From contig CAVSLC010000019.1 in the NCBI GenBank assembly GCA_963728565.1, positions 160,001-224,000 on the forward strand: 64,000 bases of DNA, written 5' to 3'. How positions within the stretch are numbered: the first letter of the stretch is position 1; each line of letters opens with the position of its first letter. The DNA is from an uncultured delta proteobacterium. Lineage in GTDB: Bacteria > Desulfobacterota > Binatia > UBA9968. This document shows positions 9,682 through 20,595 of this stretch, piece by piece. The position numbers were made by a program, and so were the translations under genes. The notes under the pieces were generated by a model, which did not search any database, was not told the origin of the DNA, and saw nothing but the letters and a program-made list of their open reading frames with translations.

Positions 9682-11314
9682 CTAATCCGCTGGCCGGACA
9701 TTTCTGAGATCGATGCGCGCCATTGAGTTGAACTCGAGGCCGGTGAAGCGGGGATTGAGCAGGGTGCTTTCGCTGGTCCAGAAAAGAGGCACGATCGGCA
9801 GATCGGTTTCAACAAGGATTTTTTGCGCCTCGTCGTAAAGTTTTACCCGTTTTTTACCATCGAGCTCCCGGGCAGCGAGATCGAGCAGTTGATCATAACG
9901 AGGATTCTTCCAGCGGGTATTGTTGTTGCCGCTGCCGGCGGTAAAGAGTTTCATGAAATTGTCCGGGTCCGGATAATCGGCACCCCAGCCCAAACGGAAA
10001 ATATGCGGCGGATCGTTTTGCAGATTTTTTAAATAAACTTTCCACTCCTGATTATCGAGCCTGACGATCACGCCGAGATTGCGCTGCCACATGCTCTGCA
10101 CCGCCTCGGCCACGAGTTTGTGATCTTCTTCCGTATTGTATGCCAACACGACTTGAGGAAATCCTTTGCCATCCGGATAGCCGGCTTCGCGCAGCAGGCG
10201 GCGCGCTTCCGGCGGATTGAAATGCACGCCGATCTTTGAGTTGTGCGCCAGCATCCCCGGCGGAATCCAAGAGGAAGCCGGTTTCTCCCCGCCCTGAAGA
10301 ATTTTCGGGAAAGTGTCGCGATCGATGGCCATCGCGAAGGCTTTCCTCACGCGCGGATCGTTAAACGGTTTTCGATGGGTCGCAAAGCCATAGTAGTAGC
10401 CGCGCAGTTGCGGCACGTGATGAAAACCGCGTTGTTTGGCGATGCGCTTTTTTTCCAATGTCGGGATGCTGCGATTGTCGATGAAATCCAACTGTCCCTG
10501 CTCATACATCGCTAGGGCAGTGGTCTTCTCGCTCACCATCAACATGGTAATTCGATCCATGACCGGCTTGCCGAGGAAATATTTGGGATTGGCGCGCAGC
10601 TGAATCTCGTTCTCATGTTTCCAAGCCGCCAGCGTGAACGGTCCGTTGGTGACGATGTGTTCCGGATCGGTCCAACGCGATGCGAATTTTTCAACGATGT
10701 CTTGCCGCTGAGGAAAAGTGACTTCGAAAGTGGTGAGCGAGAGAAAGTAGGAAGCGGAATGGCGTAATTTCACCTCAAGAGTGACGTCATCGAGCGCTCG
10801 AACGCCGACCTCTCCGGCATCGGCAAGTTTGCCCTCGTGATACTCCTGCGCATTGACGATGTCGAAAAGAATATAGGCGTATTCCGATGCGGTTTTGGGA
10901 TCGAGAAGCCTCTTCCAAGAGTACTCGAAATCCCGAGCGCGGACTTTTATGACCGTCACTCCACAAGGCATCATCACGCAGATGGAAAATGATCCGCTTG
11001 CCGCCATCGGCTATATCCCAAGACCTGGCGATCACCGGCGCCGGCTTGAGATCTCGGGTAAATTCGGTCAGCCCGACCATCAAGTTGGCGATGACATTAA
11101 ACGAAACACCATCGGTGGCTAGCGACCAATCCAGGCTCGGTGGTTCGGTGCCGAGATTAACGCGAAAATGGGTGGCGGAGGGACTCGAATCGGAGTCCGG
11201 CGCCGTCTTGCAGGAAACGAAACTCAGCAGCAGCGCCAGAGTGACGGCGGAATAGAGCAATCGTGGTTTTCTGATACCTAAAGTCAAAGGATGGCTTGCT
11301 AATGAATAATGCAA
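9682..11314 (-). CDS. oppA: Oligopeptide ABC transporter substrate-binding lipoprotein; frameshift near 10947, start uncertain
   Basis: Lipobox-like FVSC, EPPSLD, WSDG/ARDFEYSW, NGPF, GWGADYPDP family-5 motifs. Confidence 0.9.
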
Positions 11315-11364
11315 CTATTACTATCCGAAGGCGCGCAGATCTTCAAGAAAAGATGGGAGAATCT

Positions 11365-12396
11365 ATGGACGCCAAAGAGCTTCTGCAAACCCATGTCGTG
11401 GTCGAAGGACATCGGGACGTTTATGAGCAGCTCTACAGGACCTCGATCGGCGAATCGATGCCAATCCGCGATGCGATTGCGCCGCGATTGATTCGTGACG
11501 GCATCAATCTCTCCGTCTACGCTATCAGCGGCGATTCTTATTCTCATTCGCAAAATACCGGCCGCTACCTGGAGACCGCGCTCGAAAACATCGACCAGTT
11601 TCTGCAGGAAGCGCCCAAATCCGAGGGCATGATCTCGATGGTCAGAACCCGCGGCGATCTGCCGGAAAAAGTCGAGCCCGGGACGATAAAATTTTTGCTC
11701 CACTTCGAAGGCTGCATGCCTTTGCGCGGCAGCATCCAAAATCTCAGAAACTTCTATCGCCTGGGGCTGCGCTCGTTGCAGCCGGTTTGGAATTTTCGCA
11801 ACGAGCTCGGCGACGGCGTCTGGGAGAATCGAACCGGGGGAGGGCTCACGAACTTTGGCGTCGAAGTGATTAAGGAGGCCAATCGCCTGGGCATGATCGT
11901 CGATTTGTCGCACATGAATCGGGAAGGTTTTTTCCAGAGCCTCGACGTCGCCACCGCGCCGCTCATCGTCAGTCACGCCAACGCCTGCGGCATGCTCGAC
12001 AGCGTGAGAAATCTCGCCGACGATCAAATCAAAGCGATTGCCGAGCAGGGCGGCCTGGTAGGCATTCTCGCCTTGCCGGAGCGGGTCGGCCAAGGCGAAG
12101 TCGTTATCGAGGATATGCTGAGGCACATGGACTACATGATCAAACTAGTGGGCGTCGAGCATCTGGCTCTGGGCATGGATTTCGTCAAATATGACGGGCC
12201 GCGCACGCTTAAAGATCGTCATCATCCGTTGCACAAAGACCCGTTGATCAAGGGATTCGAAGAGATCGAAGATTTGCCCAATCTGATTGACGGCCTGCAG
12301 AAGCACGGTTATCACGAAAACGAAATTGCTCTGATCCTGGGCGGCAACTATCTGCGGGTGTTGAAGACGATCCTCCCGGAACAGTCCATCATCTAA
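11365..12396 (+). CDS. Membrane dipeptidase family (M19) amidohydrolase
   Basis: EGHRD, HFEG, GLTNFG, DLSH, SHANA, RNLADD, LGMDF, LGGNYLRV. Confidence 0.88.
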   Translation: MDAKELLQTHVVVEGHRDVYEQLYRTSIGESMPIRDAIAPRLIRDGINLSVYAISGDSYSHSQNTGRYLETALENIDQFLQEAPKSEGMISMVRTRGDLPEKVEPGTIKFLLHFEGCMPLRGSIQNLRNFYRLGLRSLQPVWNFRNELGDGVWENRTGGGLTNFGVEVIKEANRLGMIVDLSHMNREGFFQSLDVATAPLIVSHANACGMLDSVRNLADDQIKAIAEQGGLVGILALPERVGQGEVVIEDMLRHMDYMIKLVGVEHLALGMDFVKYDGPRTLKDRHHPLHKDPLIKGFEEIEDLPNLIDGLQKHGYHENEIALILGGNYLRVLKTILPEQSII

Positions 12397-12411
12397 TCAA
12401 CCATTGTTGGT

Positions 12412-14677
12412 ATGATAGGCGGTCAGAAGGCTTCTCGCGTCGACGGTTTCGAGAAAGTTACCGGCGAGGCGAAATATACCGGCGATCTGAATCTGCCCGG
12501 TCTGCTGGAGGCAAAAGTCCTGCGCAGCCCCTTTCCCCATGCGCGCATCGAATCGATTAATACCGAGAAGGCTGCTGCTCTTTCCGGAGTGGTGGCGATA
12601 CTGACCCGCGACGACCTCAAAGACATCAATCCCTTTTATGGTAATTGTCTGCGCGATCGCCCGCTGGTGGCGTTGGACAAAGTTCGGTTTGTCGGCGAGC
12701 CGGTGGCGGTGGTCGCTGCTGAAGATCCATTGATTGCCGAGGAAGCGCTGGCTCTGATCGACGTGCGCTATCAGGAGCTGCCGTGCCTTGGGACGGTTGA
12801 AGACGCGCTCGCCGCCGGCGCCCCGCTTGTGCACGAAAGCATCGCCGGCACCGGCGAATTCCACGACATCGCCACCGTCGGCGCGGTGATGAAGCCCAAC
12901 GTCTGTCATTTTGAATTCTTTGAAAGAGGAGATGTGACCCGCGGCTTTGCCCAAGCCGACCAGATTCTCGAGGAAGCTTTCCAGTTCCCGATGATCTATC
13001 AGTACGCCATGGAGCCGCACACTTCAGTGGCGCGGGTCACCGACGGCGGCATTACCCTGTGGAGCTCTTCGGCTCATCCGTTTCTGGTTCGCTCCGAACT
13101 GGCGCACATGTTCGGCTTGCCACATGCAAAAGTCGAGGTCATTGTGCCGTACGTCGGCGGCGCTTACGGCAGCAAATCTTATTTCAAGATCGAACCGTTG
13201 ATCGTCGCCATGGCGCGCAAGACCGCCGGTCGACCGGTGCGCCTTGCGCAAAGCGTGCCGGAGGCGATGCTGACGACGCGGCGCCACTCCGCCAATGTGC
13301 GCATCAAGACCGGCTTTAACCGCGACGGGACCCTGGTGGCGCGGGAGGCCGAAGTGGTGCTGGATACCGGCGCGTATGCCGATAACGGACCGCGCGTGGC
13401 CAAGCGCGCGATCAGCCGCATGATCGGCCCCTACAAATTGGGCGATTGCAAAGTCGAGGTCTCAGCGGTTTACACCAACACGGTTCCGGCCGGTTCGATG
13501 CGTTCCATTGGCGGGCCGCAGACGATCTGGGCCTTGGAATCGCACATGGACAGTATCGCTCATCGACTCAACTTGGACCCGCTGCAATTTCGCATGCGCA
13601 ATTTACTCAAGCGCGGCGAAGAGCTAAAAAGCGGCGCCACGCCGGTCGACGCCGATCTGCGGCAAGGAACCAAAGTCGCCGCCGATTATGTCTGCTGGAG
13701 CGAGCGACCCAGTCGAATAGGCAAGGGCCGGGGTGTTGCCGTTGGGGTTTCCGACTCCGAAGCGATGCCGGTTTCGGTGGCCCTGCTCAGGCTTCTTGCC
13801 GACGGCAGCGTTCTCTTGCTAGCCGGCACCACTGAAGTGGGTCAGGGCGCGCGCACGATCCTCAGCCAAATCGTCGCGCGGGAACTGGATGTTCCGATTC
13901 AATCCGTGATCATGCGCGGCACCGATACCTTGGCGACCCCTTTCGACCGTTCTACCGGCGCTAGCCGCTCAACCACAGTGATGGGAAGCGCAGTCCAACT
14001 CGCCGCGCGCGATTTGCGCAAGCAGTTGATCGCCGCCGCCGCCGAAGCGCTCGGCGTCAACACTAGCTCGATTACCTTGCGCAACGGCACCGCCAGTTGC
14101 GGCGATCGTTGTCTGACTTATAGCGATGTGGTCAGCAGGTATTTTGGCATGCCCGGCGGCGAACTCATCGGCCGTGGCACCATGCGCCCGGGACAGGGCC
14201 TGGGTCCGAAGTTACCCCTATTCTGGGAAACCGGCATGGGCGCCGCGGAAATTTCACTGGATATCGAAACCGGGGCGATCCGAGTCGATCGCTACATCAC
14301 AGTTGCCGACGTCGGCAAGGCTATCAATCTTGTGCAAGCCGAAGGTCAGGATGAAGGCGCCGCCATTCAGGGATTGGGGCACACGTCTGTTTGAGTCACT
14401 GTACTACGAGAACGGCCAGCCGGTGAACGCCAATCTGGTCGACTACCGCGTGCCGCGGTTCACCGATATGCCCGAGCACTTCGATTCAGCATTGATCGAA
14501 AATGAAGACGGCCCAGGGCCCTATGGCGCCAAAGGAATGGGTGAATCGGGGATCGTCTCGATAGCGCCGGCAATCGGCAACGCGATCTTCCAAGCGACCG
14601 GAGTGCGGATTCGCACTTTGCCGTTGACTCCGGAACGAATCTGGCGCGCGCTTAACGACGCAAAGCGCGGCATGTGA
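12412..14677 (+). CDS. Xanthine dehydrogenase family molybdopterin-binding large subunit; frameshift near 14390
   Basis: KVTGEAKY, RSPFPHARI, MEPH, GGAYGSK, EVGQG, GPYGAKGMGE, LPLTPE. Confidence 0.92.
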
Positions 14678-14700
14678 AGCCAAAGGATAGGCAAAACGAT

Positions 14701-15969
14701 ATGGAACAGAATCCGGCATTCGATAGGGTCAGCGCAATCATTGAGCGAGCGCGTGCCGAACTGATCGATCTTTGTTTGCAGTTGGGGAATATCCCGAGTC
14801 CCCATGGCCAGGAGCGCGATGTCGGAGAGGCAGTGCTCGATTGGTTGAAGCAGTATCAAATCCACGGCCAACTGCAGTTTATCACCCAACGAAGCGTTAA
14901 CGCGGTAGCGACTATCCTGGGCAGCGGTCGAGGACCCAGTCTTATCTTCAACGCGCACATGGATACCGGTCCGGAACTGCCGGCAGACGCAAGCGCGGAT
15001 GCCAGAAAGCTCGAGACCGCTTGGGTTGAAGGCGAGATGCTTTTTGGCAAAGGAATGATCAATGACAAGGCGCAGCTATGCGCCTTCATGATCGCCATGA
15101 GCGCGCTCAGACGCGCCGGAGTTCAGCTCAAAGGAGATTTGACCCTGACGGCGGTGGCATCCGAAACCGGCAATCCCTCGATCGATGAGTTTCAGGGCAT
15201 CGATTTTCCCGGTGAGGGATTCGGCACCAAATGGCTCGTCGACCGCGGCGCCATTGCCGATTATGCGCTGGTCGGCGAGACCTCAGGTTTCGGCATCGTT
15301 CAGGCCGAATGTGGCGCGGCGTGGTTCAAGATTCGGGTCAAAGGCAGAGAGGTCTATACCCCGCGTTATGAGCGGGGCGCATCGATTCAGGAAAATCCCA
15401 ACGCATTTGCCAAGGCTGCCCATGTAATTCAGGCCTTCGAAGAGTGGGCGATCCAGTATGAAAAGAGAGAAACCATCGAGTTTGCCGGCGGAACGATCAT
15501 ACCCAAAGCACAAATCGTCGAGGTGCGAGGCGGCGCCGGAGTGGGGCGGCCAAATGCCACCTGTGATATTTTCACCGACGTAAGAATTGCGCCTGGCCGA
15601 AATCCACTTACGGTTCAAAGGGAGCTTGTCGCTGCCATCCGGAAGGTGAATCTAGATTGTGATATTTCCTTGTTCCAGTATTCTCGCGGCCACATCGCCG
15701 AAAATGCCGAGCCTTTGATCGACGCCGTTAGATCCGCGCACCGCTATCTCTTCGGTGCTGAGCCGCCGCAACCGCCATCGGCGGAAACCAGCATGTGGCG
15801 CGACCTGAACGTTTTTAACGAAATCGGCATTCCGTCCATCTGCTATGGGCCGCCCCGGCAAAGAGAGCGCCTGAGTGGCGCCCAGAACCGCGCGATGAAG
15901 ATCGACGATCTAGTACAAGCGACCAAGGTCTACGCGCTCAGCGCGATGATTCTGTGTGGCATCGAATGA
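14701..15969 (+). CDS. M20/ArgE-DapE family metallopeptidase-like protein
   Basis: FNAHMDT, GKGMINDKA, LVGETS, GIPSICYGP; overall M20 layout. Confidence 0.8.
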   Translation: MEQNPAFDRVSAIIERARAELIDLCLQLGNIPSPHGQERDVGEAVLDWLKQYQIHGQLQFITQRSVNAVATILGSGRGPSLIFNAHMDTGPELPADASADARKLETAWVEGEMLFGKGMINDKAQLCAFMIAMSALRRAGVQLKGDLTLTAVASETGNPSIDEFQGIDFPGEGFGTKWLVDRGAIADYALVGETSGFGIVQAECGAAWFKIRVKGREVYTPRYERGASIQENPNAFAKAAHVIQAFEEWAIQYEKRETIEFAGGTIIPKAQIVEVRGGAGVGRPNATCDIFTDVRIAPGRNPLTVQRELVAAIRKVNLDCDISLFQYSRGHIAENAEPLIDAVRSAHRYLFGAEPPQPPSAETSMWRDLNVFNEIGIPSICYGPPRQRERLSGAQNRAMKIDDLVQATKVYALSAMILCGIE

Positions 15970-15994
15970 CCAAACTTTATTGCCGGAGGTGCGT

Positions 15995-16987
15995 GTGAAG
16001 CGACTCGTCTGCTTGCTCTCTTGCTGCATCATGCTCGGTTTAGCTCATCCCTATCAGGCACCGGCTGAAGCTCTCAGGGTCGGCGTCTCCGGTTTGAGCG
16101 CTGAATTCACTCCCGTTTGGGCCGCCAACGAGCGCGGCATATTCAAAAAGTATGGTTTCGAAAGCGAAGTCATCGCGATGCAGGGCGGCACTCAATTGGC
16201 GCAAGCTATTATCGGCGGCACCATTCCTATCGGTGTCATGGGTGGGGCCTACTTGACCGCTGCCGTGCGCGGTGCTGATCTGGTAATGATCGCCACCCAT
16301 ATGGACAAGTTTCCGTATTCGCTCATCGTCAAGCCGGCGATCAAAAGAACCGAAGATCTGAAAGGAACCAAGCTTGCCATCAGCCGCTTTGGCTCTGCCA
16401 GCGATGCCGGATTGCGCGTCTCACTGCAGCGACTCGGGCTCAATCCTGATAAGGATGTAACCATTTTGCAGGTGGGAGGGCAGACATCACGCTTCGCCGC
16501 GCTCAAAGCCGGCACGGTAGATGGCACAGTGGTGATTCCGCCGCTTAGCGGAGCGGCGCAGCGTCTGGGATTCAATGCAATCATCAACATGACCAAGCTG
16601 GGCATTCCATATCCGCAAGAGGGTGTGGTGGTGACCCGGCAGCTACTGGCGAGCCGTCGCGATACGGTCATGAGATTTCTCAAAGCTTATCTGGAAGGGG
16701 TCAGAGAGCTCAAGGTCGACAAAGAGTTCGCCGTTTTCGTGATCGCCAAGTATCTGCGCATGGATCCGAAAAAAGACCGTGAGGCGCTGGAGGACAGCTT
16801 CCAAGAGGTCATCATCGAACAGATGCTTAAAGTTCCGCACATCAATCTGGAAGCCACCAAAGTGGCGCTGGATTTGCTCGGAAAAGAACGACCGGCGAAT
16901 GCCTCGACCGATCCCAGAGATTATGTCGATGGAAGCCTGATGCAGGAGCTTATCAAGAGCGGCTTCATCGACAACCTCTATAGGTAA
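15995..16987 (+). CDS. ABC transporter substrate-binding protein (NMT1/SsuA/THI5-like)
   Basis: Signal peptide, GIFKKYG, DLKGTKLAISRFGS, DKDVTILQVG, SGFIDNLY. Confidence 0.88.
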   Translation: MKRLVCLLSCCIMLGLAHPYQAPAEALRVGVSGLSAEFTPVWAANERGIFKKYGFESEVIAMQGGTQLAQAIIGGTIPIGVMGGAYLTAAVRGADLVMIATHMDKFPYSLIVKPAIKRTEDLKGTKLAISRFGSASDAGLRVSLQRLGLNPDKDVTILQVGGQTSRFAALKAGTVDGTVVIPPLSGAAQRLGFNAIINMTKLGIPYPQEGVVVTRQLLASRRDTVMRFLKAYLEGVRELKVDKEFAVFVIAKYLRMDPKKDREALEDSFQEVIIEQMLKVPHINLEATKVALDLLGKERPANASTDPRDYVDGSLMQELIKSGFIDNLYR

Positions 16988-17000
16988 GCTTGCTGGAGAA

Positions 17001-18011
17001 GTGATGAAATTCTGCGTGCAATTAAACCCTCAAGTATCGATCGACAAGCCCGGCGCGCAACTGATGCCCACATTGATTGAGCAGGTCCGCATAGCTGACG
17101 CCGTAGGTTTTGACGCTTTTTCCATGGGCGATCATTACAACATCCCCGGCTTGCAGCGACTTAATCAAGTCCCTGCCTTGGCGCGGCTCTGCGCCGAAGC
17201 CAAGCGTTGCGCCGTCGGCACCGCCGTGATGCTATTGGGCTTGCGTCATCCGGTCACCGTCGCCAGCGAGTTGGCGAGTCTCGACGTCCTCAACGATGGC
17301 AAATCTTTCTTTGCTTTCGGCCTGGGCTACCGTGATGATGAACTGAATGCTTTTAATCTCACCAAGGCGCAGCGGTTTCATCGGTTCGTCGAGGGAGTTG
17401 AGATCATCAAGCGACTCTGGACCGAGAATAATGTGAATTATGACGGCACAGCATTCAAGCTCAAGAATGTCAGCGTCGATCCCAAACCGCTGCAAAAACC
17501 GCGGCCGCCGATTTGGATCGCCGCCAATTCCGATGCCGCGGTTGCTCGTGCCGCCACCATCGGTGACGGCTGGATGATCGGGCCGCATTCCGCCATCGAT
17601 GAATTGGTACATCAGGTGGAGCTCTGCCGCCAAACTTGGAGCGCTGCCGGGAAGCCAGGTTCGCCCGACATACCGATAATTCGTGAGACGTTTGTCGCTA
17701 AGACAAGAAAAGAAGCAACGGAAAAGGCGCGTCCCTGTTTGGAACAGCTCTACCGGACGATATACGTCAAATGGAAGCAGAACGAAGCCATGAGCGATTC
17801 GAGCGAATTGAGCTGGGCCTTCGATCGTCTAAGTAAGGGGCGGTTCATCCTCGGCTCGCCCGAGGAGTGCGCCGAGCAGATCAAAGAATACCAAAATCGG
17901 TTGGGAACCGATTACATCTTACCGCGCTTCGACTGGACGCCGGGATTGCCGCAGGAGGAGATTTTGAATTCAATGCGGCTGTTCGGCGAAAAGGTAATTC
18001 AAAAATTGTAG
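17001..18011 (+). CDS. LLM-class flavin-dependent oxidoreductase
   Basis: GFDAFSMGDH, HPVTVASELASLD, GLGYR, PKPLQKPRPPIW, GSPEEC. Confidence 0.9.
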   Translation: MMKFCVQLNPQVSIDKPGAQLMPTLIEQVRIADAVGFDAFSMGDHYNIPGLQRLNQVPALARLCAEAKRCAVGTAVMLLGLRHPVTVASELASLDVLNDGKSFFAFGLGYRDDELNAFNLTKAQRFHRFVEGVEIIKRLWTENNVNYDGTAFKLKNVSVDPKPLQKPRPPIWIAANSDAAVARAATIGDGWMIGPHSAIDELVHQVELCRQTWSAAGKPGSPDIPIIRETFVAKTRKEATEKARPCLEQLYRTIYVKWKQNEAMSDSSELSWAFDRLSKGRFILGSPEECAEQIKEYQNRLGTDYILPRFDWTPGLPQEEILNSMRLFGEKVIQKL

Positions 18012-18036
18012 GCAACAGGTTCCAAGGAGGAGATAT

Positions 18037-18993
18037 ATGAAACGAAGCATGCTTGCATTCGTGGCATTTGCGGCGCTGCTCTCGATGCTCAGCTTGCCGC
18101 AGCTGAGCTCGGCCAAAATCGTCGTCGGTCTGTCATCGGTCAACGTGGCATTCTTGCCGGTGTACGTGGCTCAGGAAAAAGGGTTTTTCAAAGACGCCGG
18201 GGTAGAAGTCGTGTTCGTTATGTTTAATGCCGGTTCGACTAACCTACAGGCGCTTGCCGGCGGCGACATCCAGATCATGGGCAGCGCTTTCGTCGAAACC
18301 ATCGGCGGTCGCGCTGCGGGCATGGATATCAAAAACTTTTGGGGAATTTGTAATCTTATGCCGTTCCAGCTTTATTCACAGCCCGATTTTAAATCGATGA
18401 AGGCGGCCAAAGGCAAGCGCTTCGCCATCAGTCGTTTCGGGTCTCTCACCGATTATTTGACCCGGGCGACTTTGCAGCATTTCAACCTCGATTCCAAAGA
18501 CGTGACTATCCTGCAGATCGGCAGCACGCCGGCGCGTTACGCGGCATTGACGGCCAAGGCGGTGGATGCCTCGATTGTCTGGTTCCCCGTGACCGAAATC
18601 GCCAAATCACAAGGTTACACCAAGTTGCTTGATCTCAAGGAGGTGTTTCCGGAATGGCCCTACGAGACTTTTGCCGCGCGTGAGTCTTGGCTCAAAACAG
18701 AAAAAGACCAAGTCACAAAGTTTCTCCAGGCATACCAGAAGGGTGTGAAATACACGCGCGACAACAAAATCGATTCAGTAAAGATCATGCAGAAATACGT
18801 AAAAATGGATCCTGCCTACGCTCCGGCGGGGTATGACGAATACCGCGATTCGTTCCCAATCAACGGCCAGATCGCCGAGAAGGTGATCCCCCAGGTTATC
18901 GCGGAGGAAGCCGCTACCGGTCGGATCAAGAGAAAGATCTCCCTCGATGAGCTGATCGACCGTTCCTATATCCAGGCAATTGGAGGTAAATAG
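18037..18993 (+). CDS. ABC transporter substrate-binding protein (NMT1/SsuA-like)
   Basis: Signal peptide, VAQEKGFFK, KGKRFAISRFGSLT, KDVTILQIG; AGGAGG RBS. Confidence 0.9.
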   Translation: MKRSMLAFVAFAALLSMLSLPQLSSAKIVVGLSSVNVAFLPVYVAQEKGFFKDAGVEVVFVMFNAGSTNLQALAGGDIQIMGSAFVETIGGRAAGMDIKNFWGICNLMPFQLYSQPDFKSMKAAKGKRFAISRFGSLTDYLTRATLQHFNLDSKDVTILQIGSTPARYAALTAKAVDASIVWFPVTEIAKSQGYTKLLDLKEVFPEWPYETFAARESWLKTEKDQVTKFLQAYQKGVKYTRDNKIDSVKIMQKYVKMDPAYAPAGYDEYRDSFPINGQIAEKVIPQVIAEEAATGRIKRKISLDELIDRSYIQAIGGK

Positions 18994-19292
18994 TCACTTC
19001 GACTGAGCGCATTTTCCTGGCATGCGGCAAAAGGCAAGATCGGCCCGGTGAAGCTGCTCAATCTATGATCGCCGCCGCGGAACTTAAGTTAAATGAAATT
19101 GAAGCGCCGGTTGGGAAGAGAGTCTTCCCGACCGGCCCGTTACCAGCCTCTTGTGCACGGCTTCTTGCATCATCGAGTAGTAAAAGCGAAACGGCAATCA
19201 GAAAATGCGAAATTACCCACCCTGGACGGTGGTTCAGAGGGTGAACCTGTCCCCTTTCGATAATTAACGCACCAGCTCTAAAAGGGTGACAC

Positions 19293-19961
19293 ATGATCAA
19301 AAATGACGAGGCCGGCGCCGATAAAAAATTCAGTGATCGAATGGAGCCTTTGGGACGCGTCATCGGCCGCACGCGATATGTGGTGCTGTTGGCGGTTATC
19401 GCCGTGCTCCTCGTCGCGCTCTCACTGTTTCTGCTTGGAACGATTTTGGCGATCATCGGCATATGGGAGGCATGGGCGGCTTTGCTTCAAGGCCGGATCG
19501 AAGCCACGGATTTAACCGTAGAATTTCTGGAGATCGTCAGCCTGATGCTGAAGGCGGTCTTCTTTTACTTAATCGGTGTGGGATTTTACAGCCTGTTCAT
19601 TGCACCGCTGAACATTGCAACCTCGTTAGGAGTAGAAACTCTCAACGACCTGGAAACCAAAATTATCAGCGTCGTAGTCGTGATCCTGGCGGTGAGATTT
19701 CTGGAGGAATTCATTAGCGGAAAGCAGGCATTGGAAATATTGCAGTACGGCGGCGCGCTGGCGGTGACCGTGGGCGCGCTGGTTTTTTTTCAGTTCTATA
19801 ATCACCGCGCCAAAGAAGATCAGCAGGAACACGGGACGACTGAACAGTCGAAAAAAGATTTGTTCGAACGTGACCAAGAACAGGACCAAAGCAGACCGGG
19901 CGAAAGGCAGACGGACAAGACAGGCGAGGCAGGTAGCGTTTCACTCAAGCGATCCGATTAG
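19293..19961 (+). CDS. YqhA (UPF0114)-like membrane protein
   Basis: Four hydrophobic segments, G(F)YSLFI and ETLNDLETK motifs. Confidence 0.75.
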   Translation: MIKNDEAGADKKFSDRMEPLGRVIGRTRYVVLLAVIAVLLVALSLFLLGTILAIIGIWEAWAALLQGRIEATDLTVEFLEIVSLMLKAVFFYLIGVGFYSLFIAPLNIATSLGVETLNDLETKIISVVVVILAVRFLEEFISGKQALEILQYGGALAVTVGALVFFQFYNHRAKEDQQEHGTTEQSKKDLFERDQEQDQSRPGERQTDKTGEAGSVSLKRSD

Positions 19962-20234
19962 CGCCATGCTCGGCGGGCGAGCCCCCGCGTCGTGAAAGCC
20001 GTGATTTACTGTCGAGGCGATGCGCAACCGTTGGAAGTATCTCTAACCCGATTCTAGACGCCGTTCCTGGGGATCAACCAGGTCATGACCTGCGCCGACT
20101 TCCCGGTGTTTCACCCGTCCGATTAATAAATTGGTTTAAGAAACGGTGCATGCGAGCAGAAAGCTCTCGACCAAGCTCAGTCTGCGCACAACATGACCGT
20201 ACGAGCTATAAACCCGAAACGCGAACGGCACTGC

Positions 20235-20465
20235 TCAGGGGGCGACTTTTTCGGCGGGCTTAGGTTCTTCCAGTATCACGGCATCGCTTAGAAGCCATTT
20301 ACGCAGAGCGGGATTGGGTTTAAAAGTGTTTAACCTCGCTGCGCCAGACAACAACAAGAAGAGAACGTGGTTAGTAAAAGCGATGACCAGGGCTACCACG
20401 GACATCGCGAGCAAGATGAAAATCAAGCTCAGCGCGACTGCCAGCAGGATGTTCGCGATGAGCAC
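20235..20465 (-). CDS. Hypothetical small membrane protein
   Basis: Hydrophobic 76-aa ORF with GGAGG upstream. Confidence 0.55.
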   Translation of the reverse strand: MLIANILLAVALSLIFILLAMSVVALVIAFTNHVLFLLLSGAARLNTFKPNPALRKWLLSDAVILEEPKPAEKVAP

Positions 20466-20595
20466 CTTCCGAAACCCTCCTTATCCTTTATCGATCTCGC
20501 GCACGGAACATAATCACCGCCGAGCGTTCTGTCAATAATGGCAATCCGTGCATCGGTGCCGGACGGAGACATCTGTTGAGCTTTGCGGCAAAGCC

